A stretch of 64,000 nt of DNA from an uncultured delta proteobacterium (GTDB lineage: Bacteria; Desulfobacterota; Binatia; Binatales; Binataceae). The DNA lies in assembly GCA_963765675.1 (NCBI GenBank), contig CAVXXK010000001.1:768001-832000 (forward strand), read 5' to 3'. A program made the translations under genes and the position numbers. Of this stretch, positions 50,606 through 58,906 are shown in pieces (position 1 is the stretch's first letter; each line of letters begins with the position of its first letter). The notes under the pieces were generated by a model. The model was not told where the DNA came from. It searched no databases and saw only the letters and a list, made by a program, of their open reading frames with translations.

Positions 50606-51028
50606 ATGGAGAAGAGCCAAAAGACCAGCCCGGCTGGCAAGACCATACTGATCGCTGATGATGAATTCGGTGTCCTCGAGGTCCTCGAATTCATCCTCAG
50701 CGATGCCGGCTACACCGTCGTGTCCGCAGTCAACGGACAGGACGCGCTGGTTCGTCTTGAAGAAACCACGCCGGACTTGGTCATTGTCGATTTCATGATG
50801 CCGATACTCGACGGCAACGGGGTCATCAAGGCGATTCGCTCGGACGACAAGCTGCGTGACATCCCTATAATTCTGGCGAGCGCGCTGCCCGAACAAACGA
50901 TCAGACGGCGCTGCGACGGCTACGATACGTTTTTGCGCAAACCCTACCGGACCGAGCAGCTGATGGAAGAAATCTCAAAATTGATTGCTCAATCCGATGG
51001 GCGTCCACCAAAACCCGGTCCGCGTTAA
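50606..51028 (+). CDS. Single-domain response regulator (REC)
   Basis: ADDE, VDFMMP, ASA, LRKP. Confidence 0.92.
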   Translation: MEKSQKTSPAGKTILIADDEFGVLEVLEFILSDAGYTVVSAVNGQDALVRLEETTPDLVIVDFMMPILDGNGVIKAIRSDDKLRDIPIILASALPEQTIRRRCDGYDTFLRKPYRTEQLMEEISKLIAQSDGRPPKPGPR

Positions 51029-51078
51029 CCCTGAAGTAAAGCGGTGGCCGGCCCGGATCCGCACCGTCTGGAACGAAG

Positions 51079-51113
51079 AAAAGGTGGCGCGAACAATCGT
51101 CGCGCCACCTTTT
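51079..51113. terminator. Bidirectional intrinsic terminator
   Basis: AAAAGGTGGCGCGA...TCGCGCCACCTTTT between convergent genes. Confidence 0.82.
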
Positions 51114-51139
51114 AGGTTGAAGTAGTAAAGTTGGGTTTG

Positions 51140-51703
51140 TTATTGCGAAACGGTGGGAGTGACGGTAGTTGGCGTAATATTGATCGTTCCGCCCTTGTCT
51201 CCTTTGAACTGCTTGCCGCAATCTGCCCATCTGTAATTCCCCAGGATCTGGCCGCCGCCCGCGGTCGTGCTCCTGAACCTGATGTGGCAGCTCCTCTTGT
51301 TGAATTGACCGCTCGCCAATTGGAAGTTCACCCGCTTGGACGTGGACCGGCCTTTGAAATCACCCAGAAACTCGGGCAGTGAAGTGAAAGTCGCAGTCCA
51401 TCCGCCGTTTAGTTTGCGCCTATTCTGGCTAAACGTGATCGTGAAGTTTCCAGCGCCCATAACGTCGTCGGTGATGGTCCCGCTCCATGGGCCACCGACG
51501 CTGATCGGCAGAGCATCTGGGGAATCGGTGTCGGCTCCGTCGCTCGCGTCCATTGCCGATGAATCAGCGGACGTCGAATCCTGAGTGCTGATCTCTTGGG
51601 CGTGGGCAGAAATGACGATTGCGGGCAACGTCATTGTCCCTATCCATAGCACCGCGCCGAATAACGCACTGACCACGGATATTTTCTTTACCGTAGAACT
51701 CAT
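51140..51703 (-). CDS. Hypothetical secreted protein, beta-rich, with acidic Ser/Asp linker
   Basis: GGAGGAGG RBS, signal peptide ending AHA, SADSSAMDASDGADTD linker, WSGTITD...FTITFSQ, two Cys. Confidence 0.7.
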   Translation of the reverse strand: MSSTVKKISVVSALFGAVLWIGTMTLPAIVISAHAQEISTQDSTSADSSAMDASDGADTDSPDALPISVGGPWSGTITDDVMGAGNFTITFSQNRRKLNGGWTATFTSLPEFLGDFKGRSTSKRVNFQLASGQFNKRSCHIRFRSTTAGGGQILGNYRWADCGKQFKGDKGGTINITPTTVTPTVSQ

Positions 51704-51754
51704 CGGAACATCCTCCTCCACCAAATAATGATGACTATCGATGCGGTCAGACCG

Positions 51755-51770
51755 AGCAAGCCGCGTGCCG
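51755..51770 (-). promoter_or_regulatory. Candidate sigma54 promoter
   Basis: Minus strand CGGCACGCGGCTTGCT matches YGGCACG-N4-TTGCW, 52 bp upstream of ATG 51703. Confidence 0.7.
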
Positions 51771-51952
51771 GGAATCAGACCTTGCTAACGCGTTAAAAAA
51801 GGTACCTTTTGCGAACTGACGCTGCAATATCAAAGAGAAACCGTGAAGAAATTCCGATCCTCAGGTCCTTCCGGCAGGTGCGAGCAGGAGTGCTTGACTT
51901 TTTATCGGTGACCGGCGTGTGATCCGCTTCGGAACCAGGGAGGACCTCGCCC

Positions 51953-53068
51953 ATGCCGAAAGTAATCGACTCTGACGGCCACGTGGTCGAGCCGCGAGCC
52001 GTCTGGACCGAATATATTGAGCCGGAATTTCGCGATGGCGTCATCCAGATCCGCCGCAATGACGACGGACTCGATCAGCTCTGGATCAATGGCGAGAACC
52101 GCAGCCGCGCGTCGCTGCCGGTGGCCGCGTCGATGATTCCCGGCGGTCTCAGGGATCTCGAACACGCGCGAACTCTTACCTGGGACGACGTGCCTCCCGG
52201 CGGATGGAATCCGCGCGAGCGCCTGAAGGTGATGGACGCCGAGGGTATCGATATCGCGGTGCTGTATCCGTCACTGTGGCTTCTGTACGGAGATCTAATC
52301 GAACCCAAACTGGCGGCTGCCGCCTGCCGGGCTTACAACAACTGGATGGCCGACTTCTGCAAGGAGTCTCCGACGCGCTTATATGGGGTCGCGCCGATGC
52401 CGCTGCAGGATGTCGACGAGGCGATCCGCGAGATGCGGCGCGTCGTGCGCGAGCTCGGATTCAAGGCCGTCTTCGTCCGGCCGAATCCATTTGCCGGCCG
52501 GCGCCTCAACGATCCGGCCTACGAGCGGTTCTGGCAGACCGCGCAGGAACTGAACGTCGCGGTCGCGGTCCATTCGAGCTTCGGCACCAAGATGCCGACA
52601 ATGGGTGCCGATCGCTATCGCGATCCGTTCTTCTTCCACATGGTCTGCCATCCGTTCGAGCAGCAGGGCGCCTGCATGGACGTGATCTGCGGCGGCGTCT
52701 TGCAGAAGTACCCGAAGCTGCGAGTCGGCTTCCTCGAGTCGGGGGTTGGATGGCTCGGCTACTGGCTCGACCGCATGGACGAGCACTTCGAAGGCATGCA
52801 CAGCTATGTTCCGTGGCTGCGGGAGCTGCCGAGCGACCAGTTTCGCGAGCACTGTTTCGTCACGCTCGATCCGCACGAGACGATGCTTCGGGCGACCACA
52901 GTGGATATGCGCATGGAGCGTAGCATTCTGTGGGGATCTGATTTTCCGCACTTCGATTGCACCTATCCGGGAATTGTCGGCGAGATCAAACAGGCGTGCG
53001 CGAAACTTCCGGAATCCGCGCGCCACGCGATCATCACCGAGAACGCGCTGCGCTTCTACGATCTCTGA
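51953..53068 (+). CDS. Amidohydrolase_2 family protein
   Basis: IDSDGH, MDAEGID, AYNNW, FLESG, WGSDFPH. Confidence 0.9.
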   Translation: MPKVIDSDGHVVEPRAVWTEYIEPEFRDGVIQIRRNDDGLDQLWINGENRSRASLPVAASMIPGGLRDLEHARTLTWDDVPPGGWNPRERLKVMDAEGIDIAVLYPSLWLLYGDLIEPKLAAAACRAYNNWMADFCKESPTRLYGVAPMPLQDVDEAIREMRRVVRELGFKAVFVRPNPFAGRRLNDPAYERFWQTAQELNVAVAVHSSFGTKMPTMGADRYRDPFFFHMVCHPFEQQGACMDVICGGVLQKYPKLRVGFLESGVGWLGYWLDRMDEHFEGMHSYVPWLRELPSDQFREHCFVTLDPHETMLRATTVDMRMERSILWGSDFPHFDCTYPGIVGEIKQACAKLPESARHAIITENALRFYDL

Positions 53069-53176
53069 GCGCGAATCTCGCCGCGCCGGACAGCCGGTGC
53101 CGCTGCTTTGGCGCATCCCCCGCGGCGCACGCTCGCCGGACTTCTGCTATTCTCGGCGGGCGAGGGTACATACCTG

Positions 53177-54730
53177 ATGGCGGCAGGTGCATTACGTGTG
53201 AGCGCTCAGAACGCGCCGGCGCCGGAGCGCATATCGCTGGCGCGGTATTCTCCCGCGTTGCTGCTTCTTTCCACGGTGCTGATGATCGCGTACCGATGGC
53301 CCGATCCGGACCTTTGGTGGCACATCTTCTCGGGCCGCGCGATCCTGGCGACGCATCACCTGGTCTTTCCCGATCCATACTCGTACACCTCCGCAGGCGC
53401 GCTCTCGCACACGCAGGAGTGGCTATCGGACGTGATCATGGCCGTGGTGTACAACCACCTCGGCGTGCTCGGGCTCAGATGGCTCAACTTTGCGGTTGCC
53501 GCTGCAACGATTTTTTTCCTCGCGATGATCGCGGCCGAAACCGCCGCCGGCCCGACGCTGCAATTTGCGGTCGTACTCAGCGCGGCGATCGCAATGGGGC
53601 CGTTGATGCAAATTCGGCCGCAGATGTTCGACTATGCGATGCTGTCGGCGATCCTGTGGATGCTCACGCGCGACAATTTTGGGTGCCGTGCACCGCTATG
53701 GATCACGATCCCGATTCTCGCGCTGTGGGCAAATCTGCACGGCAGCTACTTCCTGCCGGTCGCGATCCTATCGCTATATGCAGGAGTCGCCGGGGTTGTT
53801 GGCGTCTGGACCGGTGCCGGATTGGGACGCGCGATTCGCGCCGGCGCCGTCGCGATCGGCGCAGCGATCGCGACGCTGGCCACGCCGTTCGGCGTGAACT
53901 CGTGGATCACGGTCGCGCATACGATGACCAATCCGCTCAACTCTCACCTGAGTGAGTGGCGCCCATTCGTGACCGTGATGGCCACGGAATGGAGTCACGG
54001 CGGCTTCGGGGACTTCAATTACCTGATCGTGCTCGCGATGATGGGGGCTACCGCTGCCGCGATCATCGTCCGGCCGCGCGGCCGTGACCTGCCGATGCTG
54101 GCGATCGCGGCTTTGACCTGCGCCGGAGCGTTCATGGCGATACGCGCGGTCGCTTACGCGGTGCTCGCGATGGTCGAGCCGCTGGCGAATCATTTCGGGC
54201 TATGGGCGGGAACACCGCGGGAACATCCGCGGCGGCAGGCGCTCGGGTTCCAAACAGCGATCGTCGCGCTGTCGATCGCGGTAGGCGCGGGGACCGGATT
54301 ATTTTCGCGCTCGCTCGATGCGGGTGACGTGCCCAATGGCGCGGTCGCGTTCATGGGCACGCACGATCTCCGCGGTAACGTGCTCGCGCGCTTTGACTGG
54401 GGCTTCTACCTGCTCTGGCACAGATGGCCAAACGCGCGGGTGTTTATCGATAGCCGCTACGACCTGCTGTACCCGAACCGCGTGGCAACGGAATACCTCG
54501 CATTCGACGGCGGCGGTCCGGCAGGGTCACGCGTACTCGATGAGTACCCAACTGACTATGTGCTGATCGCGCCGGACGCGGCAGCATTCGGGACGATGAT
54601 GCATCAACCTGGATGGGTACTTGTCTATCGCGACTCGAGTGCGGCGCTTTTCGCGCGCGCGGGATCGGCGGCGGCGCGGATTCCGGGCGTGCCGATTATC
54701 GCGAAGCGGCCGATCGCACTATTCCCTTGA
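53177..54730 (+). CDS. Polytopic membrane protein, possible GT-C fold glycosyltransferase
   Basis: DPDLWWH, DPYSYT, EWL, RPQ, LWANLHG, EWRP, FIDSRYD motifs with many TM segments; function is inferred. Confidence 0.6.
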   Translation: MAAGALRVSAQNAPAPERISLARYSPALLLLSTVLMIAYRWPDPDLWWHIFSGRAILATHHLVFPDPYSYTSAGALSHTQEWLSDVIMAVVYNHLGVLGLRWLNFAVAAATIFFLAMIAAETAAGPTLQFAVVLSAAIAMGPLMQIRPQMFDYAMLSAILWMLTRDNFGCRAPLWITIPILALWANLHGSYFLPVAILSLYAGVAGVVGVWTGAGLGRAIRAGAVAIGAAIATLATPFGVNSWITVAHTMTNPLNSHLSEWRPFVTVMATEWSHGGFGDFNYLIVLAMMGATAAAIIVRPRGRDLPMLAIAALTCAGAFMAIRAVAYAVLAMVEPLANHFGLWAGTPREHPRRQALGFQTAIVALSIAVGAGTGLFSRSLDAGDVPNGAVAFMGTHDLRGNVLARFDWGFYLLWHRWPNARVFIDSRYDLLYPNRVATEYLAFDGGGPAGSRVLDEYPTDYVLIAPDAAAFGTMMHQPGWVLVYRDSSAALFARAGSAAARIPGVPIIAKRPIALFP

Positions 54731-54859
54731 AACCTTACGGCTCAAGTGCCGCGCACGGTTGGTGCAGCATTTGTCATCGGTGCCCGCGCGCTACCTCACA
54801 CCGACGATCTCAGCAGTCGAGCAGTGATACACCCATCGTGGGCGCCCCGAAGCACCAGA

Positions 54860-55642
54860 TCAAACCGACTGTCCTTCTGCGTGCGATATAGCGGCAGCTT
54901 GCCTTCCGCGTTCGTGCACAGGCAGTGGCCGCACGGCGTCTTTCCGCGGCAGTCTCGATAGCAGACGATATAATCTTTGCCGTCGCCCGGATGCTTGTAT
55001 GTCCCAACCCATGAAGGCGACGCTCCAGGCGGGCAATCGTGCGAACCGCCGCAGCACGAACAGAGCCATCCGATTCTCAGTTGTGATCATCATGGTGGCG
55101 GCTGGATCCGCCGGGACGCGCCTGGGTTTCTCGCCGGTCCATCGACGCCACAACCGTTTCAGCCCGCGCGCCAAGCGACGGAGCATTCGAGTCGAGGAGC
55201 CAGGCGATTGGAGCTCTGCGGGCGGCTCGCTGATCCTCGGACCAAACGCAGGGCACGGTCCTGCAGCGAAGGTCGCCGCGCGCAGCGAGCTTTCTGGCTC
55301 TGGCAGCGGGCGGCCGACATAATCGAGTGTAACGATCGAGCCCGGACGATCATTCACACGAAAGCACCACTTGCAGCGCACACATGTGTATAGATACGGC
55401 CGCGATTTCAAGCTTCCGGATCTCGGCACAGCCTCGATTGCAAAGCTGTGCCGAGCCTCGCGTGGTGCGAACGCATCGCGCGTCTTACGCGCGGCCGGCT
55501 TTTCGGATCTCTCCGTTCGCGGTTCGCTCTGATATTGGAATGGAGTGGGGACAAACTCGGTCAGTGGATAGACCCAAGAAAGCGGAATATCGCCCGCTTT
55601 CGTAACCGGCCACACGGCTCGAACTTCCCGACGCGGCTTCAT
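54860..55642 (-). CDS. Hypothetical protein with CxxCxxC...C motif
   Basis: 260-aa ORF filling an otherwise empty region; YTCVRCKWCF...GPCP; C-terminal extent doubtful. Confidence 0.45.
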   Translation of the reverse strand: MKPRREVRAVWPVTKAGDIPLSWVYPLTEFVPTPFQYQSEPRTERSEKPAARKTRDAFAPREARHSFAIEAVPRSGSLKSRPYLYTCVRCKWCFRVNDRPGSIVTLDYVGRPLPEPESSLRAATFAAGPCPAFGPRISEPPAELQSPGSSTRMLRRLARGLKRLWRRWTGEKPRRVPADPAATMMITTENRMALFVLRRFARLPAWSVAFMGWDIQASGRRQRLYRLLSRLPRKDAVRPLPVHERGRQAAAISHAEGQSV

Positions 55643-56076
55643 TTTTGCGCCTTCTCGTTGGTGAGGGACGTGACGGCCGGCACCACACCCGACTTAAACG
55701 CAAATACTGCGCCGGATGTCGGTCAGTATTCGCCGGCCACAGACCGGCATAAGCTTCGGCGGAAAATCTTCAATCAAATTGCGAGAATTACTTCCGACCC
55801 TGTCACCGGCGCCGGCTAATGCGGTTCTCCTGATTGGCAACCTTTTTCGGTTGAGCTGGGCGCGCAGCGCAGAATGAATTGCCGTGACGTTTCAGCTTGA
55901 ACGACTATGCGTGCTTCATCGCCAGGAAAGTCAGACAACTCCAGAGAAATCCGCCCGGCACAGGCGATGCTCTAGTCTCTTTTCATCGGCTGCTTTCCTC
56001 CGACTGGGGCCGATTTGAATTGGTCAGTTTGCAGAATACTCATACTCTTTTGTGCAGAAGGCTCGGTGATCATCAA

Positions 56077-56463
56077 ATGAAGAAAGTAGAAGCGATTCTG
56101 AGCCCGGACATTTTTGAAACGATCAGGGATATTCTCATCAGCCGCGGCTGCCGCGATTTCGTGGTCTCCGAGGTTAGAGGCGCGCCGGGCAATGGAGCGC
56201 AGCCAAAGCGTTTTCGCGGCATCGACTATACTCCTGATGAACCGAGACTGAAGCTCGAGACTGTTGTCGCCGACGAAGATGCGATGGCCACGGCGCACGT
56301 TATCCTGGCCGCATCGCATAGCGTCGAGGTATCAGGGCAAATGGTTACGGTGTGTGCGCTCGAGCGCGTCATTTCGATAGGTATATTAAATCTGGATGAC
56401 CAACCTATTGATTCTCGCGCCAGCTTCCGCAGAGAGTTACTGAGTAATGGAAGCCGTTCATAG
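56077..56463 (+). CDS. Divergent PII (GlnB/GlnK)-like protein
   Basis: MKKVEAIL, VSEVRG, FRGIDY (cf. YRGAEY), PRLKLETVV; lacks GDGKIF and RIRTGE. Confidence 0.78.
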   Translation: MKKVEAILSPDIFETIRDILISRGCRDFVVSEVRGAPGNGAQPKRFRGIDYTPDEPRLKLETVVADEDAMATAHVILAASHSVEVSGQMVTVCALERVISIGILNLDDQPIDSRASFRRELLSNGSRS

Positions 56464-56677
56464 TGAAATACGCTTAATCAGCTTCTGCTGAAGCCATCAG
56501 CGCGTGCTCGCAAACGCCGCAGCACATCAGTCTCCATAGCCCGTAGATTTCCTGTAAGTACAACGACTTTTCGCGAAGCACCGGTCTTGCAATCCGGTTT
56601 GGGTTCGCAACGCGTCGGCCCCCGTGGTCACCGCGTCTGCGTAGGCGACCCAAAACGGATTTAGAGGAATCAAGACT

Positions 56678-58489
56678 ATGTGGCTGCTTCCGATCTCGAT
56701 GCTTGTAACTACGACCCTGCTGGCCATTCCATTGAGCCGTTATCTCGCCTGGATCATGAATGGCGAATATCGTCCGCCGCGGTGGTTGCAATCGATCGAG
56801 ACTCGGCTTGATCTCGGTCAGCAGGACTGGAAGCAGTACACAGTCGCGTTGCTGATCTTCAACTTCCTGCTGTTCGTGTACACCTACGTGGTTTTGGCAG
56901 TGCAACCGCTGATGCCGTTGAACCAGCTCCATCGCGGAATGCTGGCGCCGACCACGATCGTCCATGCGGCGATCTCGTTGTGTACCAACACTGATCTGCA
57001 ACACTGGTCCGGAGATTCGCAGTTTTCCAATTTCAGCCAGATCTTCGCGATGATCGCGAATTTCTTCTTCTCCGCGTCAATAGGGTTTTGCGCGCTCACC
57101 GCGATCATTCGTGCGCTTCGTGATGGTCCTCGCAAGGTTGGCAGCTTTTTCCTGGATATGTGGCGGGTCATGATTTACATGTTCCTGCCGATCGGTTTCG
57201 TTCTCTCCATCGCCTTCCTGCAACAGGGCTCTCCTATGACTTTCCGGGCGGCTCAGATGGTGTCCACCGTTGAGCCGGCCTCGATGGGCACCACTGATAA
57301 CGGGCAGGCGAAGCAGCAGACGGTCGTGCTAGGTCCTCTCGCCGCATTCGTGCCGATGAAACAGCGCGGCACCAACGGCGGAGGGTTCTACGGCGCCAAC
57401 TCGGCGCATCCTTTCGAAAACCCCACGGCGTTCACAAATTTCCTGTCGAGCGTCGGAATGATGCTGTTCCCGTTCGCATTGGTGCTGATGTACGGCCGCA
57501 TGCTGCACAAGCAGCGCCATGCGTGGGTGATTTTCTCGGTGATGATGGTGTTGATGATCGGTACCGTCATCTGGTCCGTGTACTTCGATACCCATAAACC
57601 GAACCCCGGCCTCACCGCACACCCAGTCGAGCGGAAATTCGAGTTGGACACGGCAGGCGGAAAGAAAGCGATCGTTCTGCCTGCTGTCGCGGGACTGCCG
57701 GTCGATCAGCATCTGGGAAATCTGGAAAGCAAAGAGCTTCGTTTTGGAACTTCCGCCGGCGCAACTTTCGCGGCGATGACGGTCGACGTCACGTGCGGAG
57801 CGGTAAACTGCGCTCACGATAGTCTGAATCCTATTGCCGCGTTGTCCCCGATGGCTGGAATGTGGGTGAACTGCATATACGGCGGCAAGGGCGTGGGCAT
57901 GATCAACCTGCTCGTGTTCCTGATTATCGGAGTATTCGTAGCCGGCCAGATGGTCGGTCGAACACCCGAATATCTGGGCAAGAAGATCGGCGGACGCGAA
58001 ATGAAGCTGGCGATGATCGGTCTCCTGATTCACCCGATCATGATTCTCGGGCCTACCGGACTTTTCGCTGCAACTAGTTGGGGCCAAAAGGCCGAGTTCA
58101 ACCCGGGTGCTCACGGCTTCTCGGAAGTCATGTACGAGTTCTCCTCGGCGTCGGCCAATAACGGATCCGGTTTCGAGGGGTTGGGGGACACGTGGGGTCT
58201 CAACGACAACCCGAGTCCTGCGCCAACCAGCAGGGCGTGGGATTTCGCAACCGTCATCGTAATAACTATCAGTCGATTTATCCCGATAATCGCTCCCATC
58301 GCTCTAGCTGCAGGCATGGGTGCGAAGAAGACCGCCCCGTTCGGACTGGGTACGATGCGCGACGATACGGTTACATTCGCCCTACTGCTGATCGGAACGA
58401 TCGTGATTATCGGCGCGCTGCTGTTTCTTCCCGTAGCGGCTCTTGGACCGATTGCGGAGCATCTGGGGCCAATCCCCTTTGGCGGGTAG
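56678..58489 (+). CDS. kdpA: K+-transporting ATPase subunit A, copy 1 (variant filter motifs)
   Basis: TNTDLQ, GTNGGGF...NSAHPFENP, KELRFG, TCGAVN, GRTPEYLGKK, SANNGS, LGPIAEHL; GAGG RBS. Confidence 0.93.
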   Translation: MWLLPISMLVTTTLLAIPLSRYLAWIMNGEYRPPRWLQSIETRLDLGQQDWKQYTVALLIFNFLLFVYTYVVLAVQPLMPLNQLHRGMLAPTTIVHAAISLCTNTDLQHWSGDSQFSNFSQIFAMIANFFFSASIGFCALTAIIRALRDGPRKVGSFFLDMWRVMIYMFLPIGFVLSIAFLQQGSPMTFRAAQMVSTVEPASMGTTDNGQAKQQTVVLGPLAAFVPMKQRGTNGGGFYGANSAHPFENPTAFTNFLSSVGMMLFPFALVLMYGRMLHKQRHAWVIFSVMMVLMIGTVIWSVYFDTHKPNPGLTAHPVERKFELDTAGGKKAIVLPAVAGLPVDQHLGNLESKELRFGTSAGATFAAMTVDVTCGAVNCAHDSLNPIAALSPMAGMWVNCIYGGKGVGMINLLVFLIIGVFVAGQMVGRTPEYLGKKIGGREMKLAMIGLLIHPIMILGPTGLFAATSWGQKAEFNPGAHGFSEVMYEFSSASANNGSGFEGLGDTWGLNDNPSPAPTSRAWDFATVIVITISRFIPIIAPIALAAGMGAKKTAPFGLGTMRDDTVTFALLLIGTIVIIGALLFLPVAALGPIAEHLGPIPFGG

Positions 58490-58699
58490 GCTGCCGAGAA
58501 CGAGTAATGTTGCATACACCTTTCAAAATGAAATGTTCACGAGTGCAGAACTCATCGAGGGCAAGAGTCCAGAGGCGATTTTACCGACAATCCGTGGTTG
58601 CGGCTCAGTGGCATCGCTGTTGCTCAATTAGAATTTCTGAGGGTCTCTTCAAAACTGAATCCCTAAGAAAACAGATAGCGGCTCTGGAGAAATAGGACG

Positions 58700-58795
58700 A
58701 TGGACTTAATGATTTGGATCCCGATCACATTTTTTCTGGGCGTAGGAACGATGGTGCTCTGTTATGCCTTCCTGATCGCCTGCGAGAAAATCTGA
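58700..58795 (+). CDS. 31-aa hydrophobic peptide upstream of kdpF (not in the ORF track)
   Basis: MDLMIWIPITFFLGVGTMVLCYAFLIACEKI*, AGGA upstream, 11 bp before kdpF. Confidence 0.7.
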   Translation: MDLMIWIPITFFLGVGTMVLCYAFLIACEKI

Positions 58796-58806
58796 GGAAC
58801 CGCACC

Positions 58807-58887
58807 ATGATCTATCTTACCGCAATAGTCTGTGTGTTGTTATTTGTGTATCTGACTGTCGCGTTGGTTCGCCCCGAATGGTTCTAG
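58807..58887 (+). CDS. kdpF: K+-transporting ATPase subunit F (not in the ORF track)
   Basis: MIYLTAIVCVLLFVYLTVALVRPEWF* with YLxxALxxPExF signature; GAGGA RBS; directly before kdpA. Confidence 0.9.
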   Translation: MIYLTAIVCVLLFVYLTVALVRPEWF

Positions 58888-58906
58888 GCGTCCGGCTTTT
58901 GAGGTA

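Noticed and set aside
56620-56664. Degenerate kdpF upstream of kdpA1 (…DPKRI*)
   Set aside because: Only faint resemblance to PExF*; upstream codons are not hydrophobic and there is no start
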